From: a virus
Taxonomy: Duplodnaviria > Heunggongvirae > Uroviricota > Caudoviricetes
Length of the DNA stretch: 64,000 bases
Strand: one strand, 5' to 3'
IMG/VR virus record: IMGVR_UViG_3300006147_000008
Location: 19,905 to 83,904 of that record
In this document: positions 10,149 to 19,335 of the stretch, in pieces
Layout: each line of letters starts with the position of its first letter
How positions within the stretch are numbered: position 1 is the stretch's first letter
Program-made: the position numbers and the translations under genes
The notes under the pieces: generated by a model
What the model was told of the DNA's origin: nothing
The model's database searches: none
Seen by the model: the letters and a program-made list of their open reading frames with translations, nothing else

Positions 10149-10748
10149 CTATGAATAAGTACGAAAGACGTGTGCGCCAATCGTCTTATAATAGCTGCCG
10201 TAACGGAGACTGCCTGTGGAGAAAAACACAACATCCGTATTCAAATCAAGCGCTGGGTGTCCCATAAGCGCCGCTTCTACCGCTTCCTCCTGCGCCTCAG
10301 TATACGTGTTGCCTACACAAAACTGGTTTGGCTGAAACAACACCGATTCCACATCGCTGGGGAATTTCTCGTGCATTAGGCGGTTCAACGCCACCTGTAC
10401 GACCGCAACTTGCCCGTCAAACTCCTGATTGCCTGCCTCACTGTAAGCCATACAGCATAACCACACACGTTCCTGATCGGTTAGTGTAATCCCAGCATAG
10501 GGATTAAGGTTCTCCTGTGGGGGTTCTGGCTCAGGTGTGGGTATCACCATTGGAGAAGGTGTAGCAGACGGCGAAGGTACAGTAGCGGGAAGGTTCACAG
10601 CGGCCCTCAAAGTGGAGGCAGGTTCGCTTTGCGTGGGGGGGATAGCATCATTGCTGAACGCAGCCAACACACTAATTCCAACCAACACCACCATCAAAAC
10701 GACAATGTAAATCGGCCCAAACATCTTGATTTTCTCTTTGGTCATCAT
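10149..10748 (-). CDS. membrane-anchored SleB-like cell wall hydrolase
   Basis: N-terminal TM helix, Pro-rich linker, Hydrolase_2-like AYSEAGNQ...VAVVQVALNR; start at RBS-preceded MMTKEK. Confidence 0.6.
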   Translation of the reverse strand: MMTKEKIKMFGPIYIVVLMVVLVGISVLAAFSNDAIPPTQSEPASTLRAAVNLPATVPSPSATPSPMVIPTPEPEPPQENLNPYAGITLTDQERVWLCCMAYSEAGNQEFDGQVAVVQVALNRLMHEKFPSDVESVLFQPNQFCVGNTYTEAQEEAVEAALMGHPALDLNTDVVFFSTGSLRYGSYYKTIGAHVFRTYS

Positions 10749-10759
10749 ATCAAATCTCC

Positions 10760-13700
10760 TTAGATAACATAGTCGTAACAATCCAGATACAGGTAGCCTC
10801 TTTCCTCATGCCAACCCGATTTCGGGACTTCAATTACATCGAGTTTTTTGACGGGCTTCTTGTCAAAATACCGACTTCGCACCGTCCAGCGGTTGTGTTT
10901 TCCACTCCCGATGGAGCGCACCTGAAGCGCATAACCCCAGACACTTCCATCCCGCTTGCTCTTCAGCGGAAATACATCGAGAATGATTAGCTTTCGCAAA
11001 TCCTCTTTTTTGTTGGTGGTCAGGTCGATGTATCCCAGGCATTCCAACTGGTCGTTCATCTTACTTTTCAAGTCGAAATCCTGAATGTTCATCTCTCTAA
11101 CCATTCGTTCCAAGTGAAGAAGGAAACCCAACATATCAGTGAAGGTGTAGCTCTTAGCTGGTGTTCCATTCTTGGATACGTCGGTCGCATACTGGGCAAC
11201 AATGGCCTGCATTTCCGGCGTCAATTTTTCTTTGAGGATCTTCTTCATAGAGCCGTTTTTGAAGAATGCGAAAAGCTGAACCATTTTCAAAAGTTCTTTG
11301 GCGTTACCGTACTCAGAAAAATAGTCAATCCTCACCAAGATATCCCGCTGGCGAGTGTCCAAATGAGTTTTCGTATCACACAAGGTCAGTAGCTCCATAA
11401 AGGACTTTGGCTTACCCTCCGCCGCCAATTCGTACAGCTCGTTTGCAACATCAGCATTCATATACTTAACTGACGTGATACCCTTGGCGATGACCTTCTC
11501 CTCTTTGTTGAGTAGGTACTTATCCTTGGACAGTCCAAAACGAGGTGGCACGATTTTGATACCATAGAGCTTTGCCAGTTCGTTGCCGGCCTTTACATCA
11601 TCCTCACCGTTAGCGTTATTGAGGTAGGCTGTAATGAACTCAAAGGGGTGGTAATACCGCAGGTAGGCACAGAGATAGCCAATCATGCAGTATCCAACCG
11701 AGTGATTGTACCCGAACATATAGCTGGAAGCGTCGCTGATGATCTGCAAAAACTCTTTTGCCTCCTGCTCCGCAACCTCTTGGGGCTGGGGAGACTTTTC
11801 ACAGTAGCCCTTCAAAATGTCCGGCAAAATCTTTTCAAGATCTTCTGGCTTCTTTCGGGCGATGGTGCGCCGCGCATTGTCGGCGTCTGACCCACTAAAC
11901 CCACAGATTTGTTGGAGGAACTTGATTACATCCTCCTGGTACACCAGATATCCGTAGTTGTCCTTCAACAGCTCGTCGATAAGGGCTGAGGGGTTTTTGT
12001 GGGGCTTGTGCTGCATGAGGTCATCCCGGTAGGACGCCCCAGAGGGCCGCAATGCCGCCGTAACCAGGCTCATGTCAAAGATGCTGTGCGGCTCGTACTG
12101 CTTGAGCATCTGGAATGCGAAATCACCTTCAAACTGGAAGATACCCACCGGAGAGCGGAGCATATCTTTCCACACCTCTTGATCGTCCCAGTTGATCTCG
12201 TGGGATTTGGGATAGGTTCTGCCCATCAACTCGTAGGCATCCTTGATGATTTCGATGTTCTTCAAGCCCAAGATATCGTACTTCACCAGACTTACATCAT
12301 GAACGCAATCCATGTCGATTTGCAGAATCTCTTTGCCCTCCGAGATAAAGGTGCCGTAATTGTCCCGCAAGGTGAGGGGGCTTGCAACAATACCCGCAGG
12401 GTGCATAGACTGGGAAATCGCCACATCCAGCAGGCCATCATAGTAGTAAAAGACATCCGAATACTTTTTGCGAACTTCGGCAGTCTCTCTTTCAATGATT
12501 TTCTTAGCTTCCTCTTTGCTTTTACCCTCTGTCAAACTAAGTGCTCGTTGTTCTGCAGCGCCATATTCACTTTTGATGACAGCGCTGACTTTTCCAGCCC
12601 AGGGGTTTTGGGCAAAAATACGCTCGTTTTCCTCTTTAATCCGACTGTATTCTTTGGTGAACTCCTTGATCAGCTCAGCACGGGATGCACCTTGTAAATC
12701 CTTACTGAGGATGAGATTCCCTTTCTCGTCAAAAAGATACGCACCGTTACCGTCACGGGCATCACCAAACTTCACCTCTACACCGTTGTCTTTCAGAGCA
12801 GCCAGCACTTTGCGAAACGCTTTCTCATCGTGCTGGTGTTCTTTGTTCCACTGAATGGACAGGGCACGGCAAATTTCGTCGATACACCCCTTACTCTTAA
12901 TCGTGCCGATAGCGAGGATGAATGCCGTCTTTTCCTGCCCGAACCGATTGATGATGTAGTCATAAACCAGGTCACGCTGAGAGGGAGACACATCAATGTC
13001 AATGTCACCGATCTCTTTTCGATCCTCATTACAGAACCGACTGAACACCGTATGCCATGTCTCAGGGTTGAGGTCGGTAGTATCGGATACATAGGCCACA
13101 CGAGAACCACCACAAGAGCCACGGTTGAAACCAATGGGGATACCATTTCCCTTGCACCACGTCACCATCTCGCTCATAAAGAGCATAAAGCCAGACATAT
13201 CAATCTTGTCGAAAACCCGGCACTCCTCGGCAATGGCCTCTCTAAACGGATCAACTTGCTCCGCAGTGATAGCGCCCTCGGTGATTTTTGCTTCCAGATT
13301 GTCGTGTAGAACCTGGTGCAGCACCTCTCGGTCACGATCACCGTAGAGAGGCGGATACTTAAAGGAGGTATCCAACTCAAAGGGTTCTACACTGTCAGCC
13401 ATACGGTTGGTATTTTCGATTGCCTCCAAATAGAGCTTTGGAGGGATGGCATCTTGCTGGGCAAACATATTAACCAGCTCGTCATAGGACTTGTACGTTA
13501 GGTCGAAGGTATCCTCATCGGCGAACTCAATGTGCTTGGACAGCTGCATGATCGTCCGACACTCGGCCTTATACCCGTCGAGGCTGTGTGTGTCGGTGCC
13601 AGCGATGAGCGGGATATGGTAGCGCTGAGACATCTCTGCCAGATGGCGGTTGTAGGCCACCTGCTCTGGGCAGTTGTGCGCTTGGATCTCCAAGTAATCG

Positions 13701-14440
13701 TAGTGCCTCAGTAGCCACTCATACATGGGATGGGTCATGCCCATCTTGTTCAGTGGCGAGGCAAGGCAAGCACTGATTTTGATGACGTTCTGCGAAAGAC
13801 TAAGGAACTCCTCGAAAGTAATGCGGGGTTTGTAATAGAAATGGTCTTCTTGAGAGGAGCGGCTGATCAGCTCGTTCATTTCCTGCAAGCCGGCGTAGTT
13901 TCGAGCAATCAAGATGGTATGGAAATTATCACGAACCTTGTGCATCCCCGCCTTGGTCAACTCTTCGGTGCGCCAGCTAATATAGCTTGCAGCATCGAAA
14001 GGCTGTTGTTCTCCGGCCTCACTTCTATGCAAAGCATCCAAATCATCACAAAAGCGGTCATAGTACGCCCTGCCGTCCGGTGTTCTTTGTAGCGTTTCCA
14101 AATATGCCTCGAACTTTTTCGGGGCTTTCCGCAGCTCGTCGTACTCCTTCTCGCGCTGCCACACCTCCTCCATGACCTGCCGGCGTACCTCGCTGGGGTC
14201 GGGCGGCATCAAAAGTGCCTCAGTCAGATAAATCTCACAGCCATGAAGATATTTCAACCCGGCCTCGTCACAGGCGATTTTCTTTGCCACCCATTGATAG
14301 ATGTTGCCATGCTCCGTGAAAGCAAGTGCGGTCTGCCCAAGCTCCATAGCACGGTCAATGTAGTCTTGGAACTTCGTCACACTGTCCTGCAAGGACAACT
14401 CGGTGTGTAGATGGTATACGGTGTAATTTTTCTCACTCAT
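10760..14440 (-). CDS. dnaE: DNA polymerase III alpha subunit (DnaE-type replicative polymerase, PHP domain)
   Basis: About 1227 aa from RBS-preceded MSEKNYTVYHLHTE (PHP motif HxH) through polymerase core and OB region. Confidence 0.9.
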   Translation of the reverse strand: MSEKNYTVYHLHTELSLQDSVTKFQDYIDRAMELGQTALAFTEHGNIYQWVAKKIACDEAGLKYLHGCEIYLTEALLMPPDPSEVRRQVMEEVWQREKEYDELRKAPKKFEAYLETLQRTPDGRAYYDRFCDDLDALHRSEAGEQQPFDAASYISWRTEELTKAGMHKVRDNFHTILIARNYAGLQEMNELISRSSQEDHFYYKPRITFEEFLSLSQNVIKISACLASPLNKMGMTHPMYEWLLRHYDYLEIQAHNCPEQVAYNRHLAEMSQRYHIPLIAGTDTHSLDGYKAECRTIMQLSKHIEFADEDTFDLTYKSYDELVNMFAQQDAIPPKLYLEAIENTNRMADSVEPFELDTSFKYPPLYGDRDREVLHQVLHDNLEAKITEGAITAEQVDPFREAIAEECRVFDKIDMSGFMLFMSEMVTWCKGNGIPIGFNRGSCGGSRVAYVSDTTDLNPETWHTVFSRFCNEDRKEIGDIDIDVSPSQRDLVYDYIINRFGQEKTAFILAIGTIKSKGCIDEICRALSIQWNKEHQHDEKAFRKVLAALKDNGVEVKFGDARDGNGAYLFDEKGNLILSKDLQGASRAELIKEFTKEYSRIKEENERIFAQNPWAGKVSAVIKSEYGAAEQRALSLTEGKSKEEAKKIIERETAEVRKKYSDVFYYYDGLLDVAISQSMHPAGIVASPLTLRDNYGTFISEGKEILQIDMDCVHDVSLVKYDILGLKNIEIIKDAYELMGRTYPKSHEINWDDQEVWKDMLRSPVGIFQFEGDFAFQMLKQYEPHSIFDMSLVTAALRPSGASYRDDLMQHKPHKNPSALIDELLKDNYGYLVYQEDVIKFLQQICGFSGSDADNARRTIARKKPEDLEKILPDILKGYCEKSPQPQEVAEQEAKEFLQIISDASSYMFGYNHSVGYCMIGYLCAYLRYYHPFEFITAYLNNANGEDDVKAGNELAKLYGIKIVPPRFGLSKDKYLLNKEEKVIAKGITSVKYMNADVANELYELAAEGKPKSFMELLTLCDTKTHLDTRQRDILVRIDYFSEYGNAKELLKMVQLFAFFKNGSMKKILKEKLTPEMQAIVAQYATDVSKNGTPAKSYTFTDMLGFLLHLERMVREMNIQDFDLKSKMNDQLECLGYIDLTTNKKEDLRKLIILDVFPLKSKRDGSVWGYALQVRSIGSGKHNRWTVRSRYFDKKPVKKLDVIEVPKSGWHEERGYLYLDCYDYVI

Positions 14441-14444
14441 AGCA

Positions 14445-14640
14445 TCAGCTCCTATACCACGGGCCATCAAAGGTGTCGTCAACGGCGTAATTGCGCAGAC
14501 ATTCCTCACAAACGAGGTGGGAAACAGCGTGGCGCTTTCGTCCTGTTTGGCACATAATTCCATGCTGCACAACTGTTTCCTCCTCAGTGAAGAAAATAGG
14601 ATGGAGTGTGCCACCACACTCACATTGACCGTAATGCTTA
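14445..14640 (-). CDS. possible small zinc-ribbon protein between primase and dnaE
   Basis: Frame encodes ...CECGG...CEEC...; start codon uncertain. Confidence 0.2.
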
Positions 14641-16620
14641 TTATCCACTGTCAATCCCTCCAAACGCACCGGCCTCCGCATCATCCTCCATAAGCTGTGC
14701 TGGAGGAAACGGCAGCGGGGTACTGTATCGTTTCCTGTCCCAACTGTATTGGAAGTCCAGTTCGGCCTCACTGGTGAAGAAGCGCCGGGACGGTCGGTCA
14801 TAAAAGACCTCGATACCTCTACCCTCATAGCCTGTGAGACGATCTTTCAGAATGTCAATCAAGACATCTGCCTTGATGGGTTTGACCTTCCACCCGTTGC
14901 CGTTCAGCTTCGGTTCGCCCTGGTGGTCTTTCTCCTGCACACGGTAGAGACTGATAATACGGTGGGCGAGGTCAATCAGAGCGGATAGACCTTGAATGTC
15001 CATCTTGTTCAGCCTGCGCATCATGTCCAACTTGTGCGGATGGATCACGAGAACTACCACCACGTTGAACTTCACCGCAAAGGCAATGAGTTTGATGATA
15101 AAGTCGGCCTGTTTCTCATATTTGTTGTTGTCGTTCGCTTCTACGTTGATGGCGGTCAAATTGTCCAACACCAACAGTTTTGTTCCGTACTTTCGCACGG
15201 AGTCTTCCATTGACTGCATCAGATCTGTGACCTTGTTAGACTCTCCGTCAGCTCGGATATACAGCCTACCGCGATAGTGTTCGCTGATGGCTTTTTTAGC
15301 CTCCGGTGTTACCTTATAGAAGGTTGAGTCGTTATATCGGCACTCACTAACGTTGCGCTGGCCGGCAAAGATGTAGTTGATCCAGTTTTTTGTTTGGAAG
15401 TTGGGTAGCTCTCCTGAGAATAGGTAGGCGTTGTCACCACGTTCCAAGGCTTGGCAAATTACCTGGTTGAGGAATGAAGACTTGCCGCTGCCATTGATAC
15501 CTGTCACGATGTTCAGTGTTCCGAAGAACAGCTTCATAAGATAACGGTCGAGGGTGGGCAATCCGGTGGGAATGCCATCCATGGCGTCCAGGTCGAGGTC
15601 TTCAATGTCGGCGAAGTCAACCACACCGGGAACGGGAGAGTCCTTAGCGTCCAGAATAATCTCCAAGACCTTTTCCCTGCCAAAGAAGTACAGCACCTCA
15701 TTCAAATCGTTGATGGGGCGTTTGACCCTGTTTTGCTCATCCACGTAGTAACGGGGAATTTCAACTACCTTCGTGCGCCAGCTGCCCAGACGGTAAATGC
15801 ACTCTTTCTGCATTTTGAGGCCAGCTTCGTCGTTGTCGGAGCAGACGATGATATTATCAAACTGCTCCAACCACTCCCAGTTCTCCTCCATCCAGTGGAA
15901 GTTGGTGCTGCCCAAAGGCACAGAGACTGCGTTGGTGAACCCAGCCTCTATCGCCGTTAGACAGTCAGGTTCACCCTCACAAATCAAAAGGGTGGATTTC
16001 CCATCCACCATAGGCTGGGTGGTGATGCGGTTCATGTTGAAAAGGAGGGGCGTAGTGTCTGCGCCCTTTTGACACCACGACTTGTTTTCCCCTTTTCTGA
16101 CTTTACGGGCAGGACGGTACTTCACCATCGTAAGCACGTCGTTCGTGTCGTAGTAGTTGAAAACTACATTGCCCTCACTGTCTTGGCGCACATCCGCATA
16201 GTCGATTGTCTTGGGGCTGATTTTGCGCCGCTGGAAATACTCATACACCTTGGACTTGTCCTCACACACCACTTCTTTGGGATAGTGGTACTGCCGACGT
16301 GTCTTCACACCCAATTCTCCGAAGGAGTAGGGCATATCAGCCAGCTCGAAGAGCTTCCGGCACGCCTCAGCGTAAGTCATGCCCTTGTACATCAACACAT
16401 CCAAGATATCATAGCTGCGGGAACAAGCTCCAAAACAGCGGAAGTTGAATGCTTTTTTATTGTAGATGAACGAAGCGTGATCCTCCTGATGAAACGGGCA
16501 GCAACACTTCATGTCGCGCTCGTTATAGTCGGTAATGCCAAGCTCCTCTACGATAATTCGGGCGTTGTCATCGCCCAGCTTTTCCTTGGCCTGCATGATT
16601 GCTTCACGGTCGATTTGCAC
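14641..16620 (-). CDS. primase-helicase (CHC2 zinc finger + TOPRIM + DnaB-like P-loop helicase)
   Basis: CCCPFHQEDHASF..C Zn finger; LICEGEPDCLTAIEAG TOPRIM; GINGSGKSSF Walker A. Confidence 0.85.
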   Translation of the reverse strand: MQIDREAIMQAKEKLGDDNARIIVEELGITDYNERDMKCCCPFHQEDHASFIYNKKAFNFRCFGACSRSYDILDVLMYKGMTYAEACRKLFELADMPYSFGELGVKTRRQYHYPKEVVCEDKSKVYEYFQRRKISPKTIDYADVRQDSEGNVVFNYYDTNDVLTMVKYRPARKVRKGENKSWCQKGADTTPLLFNMNRITTQPMVDGKSTLLICEGEPDCLTAIEAGFTNAVSVPLGSTNFHWMEENWEWLEQFDNIIVCSDNDEAGLKMQKECIYRLGSWRTKVVEIPRYYVDEQNRVKRPINDLNEVLYFFGREKVLEIILDAKDSPVPGVVDFADIEDLDLDAMDGIPTGLPTLDRYLMKLFFGTLNIVTGINGSGKSSFLNQVICQALERGDNAYLFSGELPNFQTKNWINYIFAGQRNVSECRYNDSTFYKVTPEAKKAISEHYRGRLYIRADGESNKVTDLMQSMEDSVRKYGTKLLVLDNLTAINVEANDNNKYEKQADFIIKLIAFAVKFNVVVVLVIHPHKLDMMRRLNKMDIQGLSALIDLAHRIISLYRVQEKDHQGEPKLNGNGWKVKPIKADVLIDILKDRLTGYEGRGIEVFYDRPSRRFFTSEAELDFQYSWDRKRYSTPLPFPPAQLMEDDAEAGAFGGIDSG

Positions 16621-16637
16621 AGGTTAGATCACCTCGC

Positions 16638-17414
16638 TCAGTCAAAATACTCACAGTCGGCTTGCACGTCGCATAGGTGCTTGCAGAACCAAAAGCTGAA
16701 ATTGGCGTACCAGTCGTCCGTCGCCGTGATTTTTTCAATAAGCCGCGCCGCCCACGCTTCAACCTCGACCATGCGTTCATACTGAAACGGTTCGCAAATC
16801 CATGTTCGTGTTCGGAAGCAGTTAAACTCCAGGAAGTCAGGGTATCGTCCATAAAGTTGACTGACGGCACTGGCATAGATGTAGAGCTGGCGAAGGTACT
16901 GATCCAGCTCACGATCAGATTGTGTGGGCTTTACTCGGTGAGAGCGGGGCTTCAAGGCTCTGGACTTGTGGTCAGTGATATACAGCTTGCCACTGTCGTC
17001 CTCACTAAGTACATCCAAAAAGCCAATAAAAGGGTGCCCCGCAAATTCAAACCTCATCTCATCCTCTACCTTGAGTATCTTCCGGGCAGGGAACGACAGT
17101 GTTTTGAGATACTGCCGTCCCTGCTCCAGATAGTCCAGATAGATTTTGCGGGATGGGGCTTTCTCCGTAATGTCGGAGATAAAGTGTGACACGTAGTAGG
17201 CAACGAGCGATTTTTGGGGCAGTACGCCGGTCAGATATTGCTGGAGGATGGAGTGCATGAGGCTCCCATATTGGGCAAAGAACTTGGATTGGGGGACGAT
17301 ACTGTACTCATCCCGCAAGATATACCGCATCAACCACATATATGGGCAGTCTTCAAAAGCAGTCAGCCGTGAATAGCTCCACTCCATCGGCTCAATCGAC
17401 AGGTCGTATCTCAT
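16638..17414 (-). CDS. PD-(D/E)XK nuclease (Cas4/RecB-like exonuclease) with C-terminal Cys cluster
   Basis: 258 aa; C-terminal CKHLCDVQADCEYFD 4Cys. Confidence 0.7.
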   Translation of the reverse strand: MRYDLSIEPMEWSYSRLTAFEDCPYMWLMRYILRDEYSIVPQSKFFAQYGSLMHSILQQYLTGVLPQKSLVAYYVSHFISDITEKAPSRKIYLDYLEQGRQYLKTLSFPARKILKVEDEMRFEFAGHPFIGFLDVLSEDDSGKLYITDHKSRALKPRSHRVKPTQSDRELDQYLRQLYIYASAVSQLYGRYPDFLEFNCFRTRTWICEPFQYERMVEVEAWAARLIEKITATDDWYANFSFWFCKHLCDVQADCEYFD

Positions 17415-17423
17415 TGCCCCTCC

Positions 17424-17858
17424 TTAGAACGGGAGATCGCCGTCTTCTTCTCCCCCGTCGTCATTCGCTGTGGGCGGGGGAGGTGCGCTCTTGCCGCTCT
17501 TCTTGTTGGCAGTTTTGGCAGACGCATCATCAGAGTTCCCGTCACCCTGACCCTTACTGTCGCAGAACTCCACACGGTCAGCCTTGATCTCCCAGGCGGT
17601 ACGGTTGTTACCCTCCTTGTCGGTGTACTTCCGGCTCTGCATCTCACCCTCAACCAGGATCTTGCGGCCCTTAGCGAAATACTTGGCAACGAACTCGGCG
17701 GTCTGCCGCCAGCACACGACGGTGAAGAAGTCCACCTCCTTCTCCTTGGAGTAGATACGATCTACGGCCACATTGAATGAGCACACTGGGGTATCGTTCT
17801 GCGTACGCTTCAGTTCAGGGTCGGCCACCAGCCGGCCAGTGATTTTGATACTGTTCAT
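17424..17858 (-). CDS. ssb: single-stranded DNA-binding protein
   Basis: OB-fold SSB sequence with acidic C-terminal tail ...EEDGDLPF. Confidence 0.8.
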   Translation of the reverse strand: MNSIKITGRLVADPELKRTQNDTPVCSFNVAVDRIYSKEKEVDFFTVVCWRQTAEFVAKYFAKGRKILVEGEMQSRKYTDKEGNNRTAWEIKADRVEFCDSKGQGDGNSDDASAKTANKKSGKSAPPPPTANDDGGEEDGDLPF

Positions 17859-18610
17859 TCTGCCTCTCCTTCCACGAATTGTTTCACTGCATTCAGCAGC
17901 TCGGTAGCGGTTTTCAGATTGTTGACCTTACGATAGTCGCCGGTGGGCTTGCCCTTGGCGTCCTTCACATACTTTTTGACCAGAACGGTCATCTTATCGC
18001 GGGCCTCCTTGGTGGCAGCTTCGGAATCAGTGAAACGCTCCAAATAGCCGGACACCAACTCCTGAACCTCCGCAATGGCGGCGGCGATCAGCTCGTTTTC
18101 TTCCCGCTCGGCGGTTTCCTGCTTCTTACTCCGCCAGTTGTCGGGATCGTCATCGGGCGTTGCGATCTGGAACATCTTCAGCAGGAAGTAACGGTTTAGA
18201 TAGCTCAAACCGCTACCCACCGCTTGGCTGGCGTCGGCCTGCTGGCCCACAATCAACCAGGGCACCTCAAGACGATCCTCCGGGTTATCCAGGTTCACCC
18301 ACGTGTACACCATGTCAGCCTTGACCAGTACCTCATTGACTGTCTCCTCCAGCCTCTTGCCATCCTTGGTATTCTTGGTCTTGGTGTAGCTGTACGGGGT
18401 GATCTCGGCAGTCTGGGGCACAATGCTGGGATACAGCAGAACGTGGTACTTGTCCATGCCGGCAGTCACACGCGCCAGGATCTCATCCTCAGACACGTAC
18501 TTGTAGTTGTAACCGGACTTGTTTTTGCGGATGACCTCGACCATGCTGCGGATACCCGCCAGCTTTTCCACGAGGGTCATCGTCTCAATGGGTTTCTTGC
18601 TCATTGACAT
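17855..18610 (-). CDS. ERF-family single-strand annealing protein
   Basis: 251 aa with ERF-like core (KYVSEDEIL...); sits between SSB and small genes. Confidence 0.65.
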   Translation of the reverse strand: MSMSKKPIETMTLVEKLAGIRSMVEVIRKNKSGYNYKYVSEDEILARVTAGMDKYHVLLYPSIVPQTAEITPYSYTKTKNTKDGKRLEETVNEVLVKADMVYTWVNLDNPEDRLEVPWLIVGQQADASQAVGSGLSYLNRYFLLKMFQIATPDDDPDNWRSKKQETAEREENELIAAAIAEVQELVSGYLERFTDSEAATKEARDKMTVLVKKYVKDAKGKPTGDYRKVNNLKTATELLNAVKQFVEGEAE

Positions 18611-18654
18611 TCAAAACTACCTCCAAGAGAGATTTTGTTGCACGTTATCGACAT

Positions 18655-18939
18655 CTATTCGCCGAAATTTTTGACCAAATAGCAGGACTCACAGAAATGC
18701 TCCCCGCTGGGCAAAATCTTGACGTATTCCCCGGTTATCGGCTTTCCGCAGCCATCACAGATAATGGTGTTTGCATACGCACCTCCGCAAAGAGGACAGC
18801 CGGTGAATGTTTCGTAAGGCGGTGTTTCAAGCCCGTGCCGCTCCGTATATTTCTGTGGGGTGTCAAAGGATGCCCCACATTCCAAGCAGGTATATCCAGG
18901 CGTCAATGTCAAACCACCTTCCAAATTGAGGTTTTCCAT
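18655..18939 (-). CDS. zinc-ribbon hypothetical protein
   Basis: CLECG...CPLCG...CDGCG three CxxC pairs. Confidence 0.4.
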   Translation of the reverse strand: MENLNLEGGLTLTPGYTCLECGASFDTPQKYTERHGLETPPYETFTGCPLCGGAYANTIICDGCGKPITGEYVKILPSGEHFCESCYLVKNFGE

Positions 18940-19199
18940 TTTGTGTTGGGGTTCTTACGCTTATCCACCACAGCAACCTCGCCCAATTTTTTCATCTCAG
19001 ATAGACGAGGCTTGATATAGCGACTGTCAGGTTTGGGGATCTCCCCACGCTTATAGAGCGCAGCAGCTATATCGTCGGCGGTCATGCCCCCAGGATCGCC
19101 GCAGGCCAGCACCTCAAGGATCATGGTCTTGCGGTTTTTCTTGCGGGGCTTTACCGGACGGCTTTTCAGTTCGATGCTCAATGTTATCACCCCTTTCAA
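18909..19199 (-). CDS. hypothetical basic protein
   Basis: 96-aa ORF, Lys/Arg-rich. Confidence 0.35.
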   Translation of the reverse strand: MKGVITLSIELKSRPVKPRKKNRKTMILEVLACGDPGGMTADDIAAALYKRGEIPKPDSRYIKPRLSEMKKLGEVAVVDKRKNPNTKWKTSIWKVV

Positions 19200-19335
19200 T
19201 CCGGCAAACTCCGGTTTCTATTGCCGTTATGGTCGGGCAAATCAAACCACCCTCCTGAACACGACCTCTGCGAGTTTTGCTGGAAGGGTAAGAGAGGTCT
19301 GCTACCCCCCCACAACACACTCAATGAAGCCCTGT

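Noticed and set aside
14445-14828. 127-aa minus-strand ORF spanning the primase/dnaE junction
   Set aside because: Its upstream two thirds overlap the primase-helicase coding sequence in another frame. Only the last about 60 codons (14445-14640) could be a real small gene, kept at low confidence.
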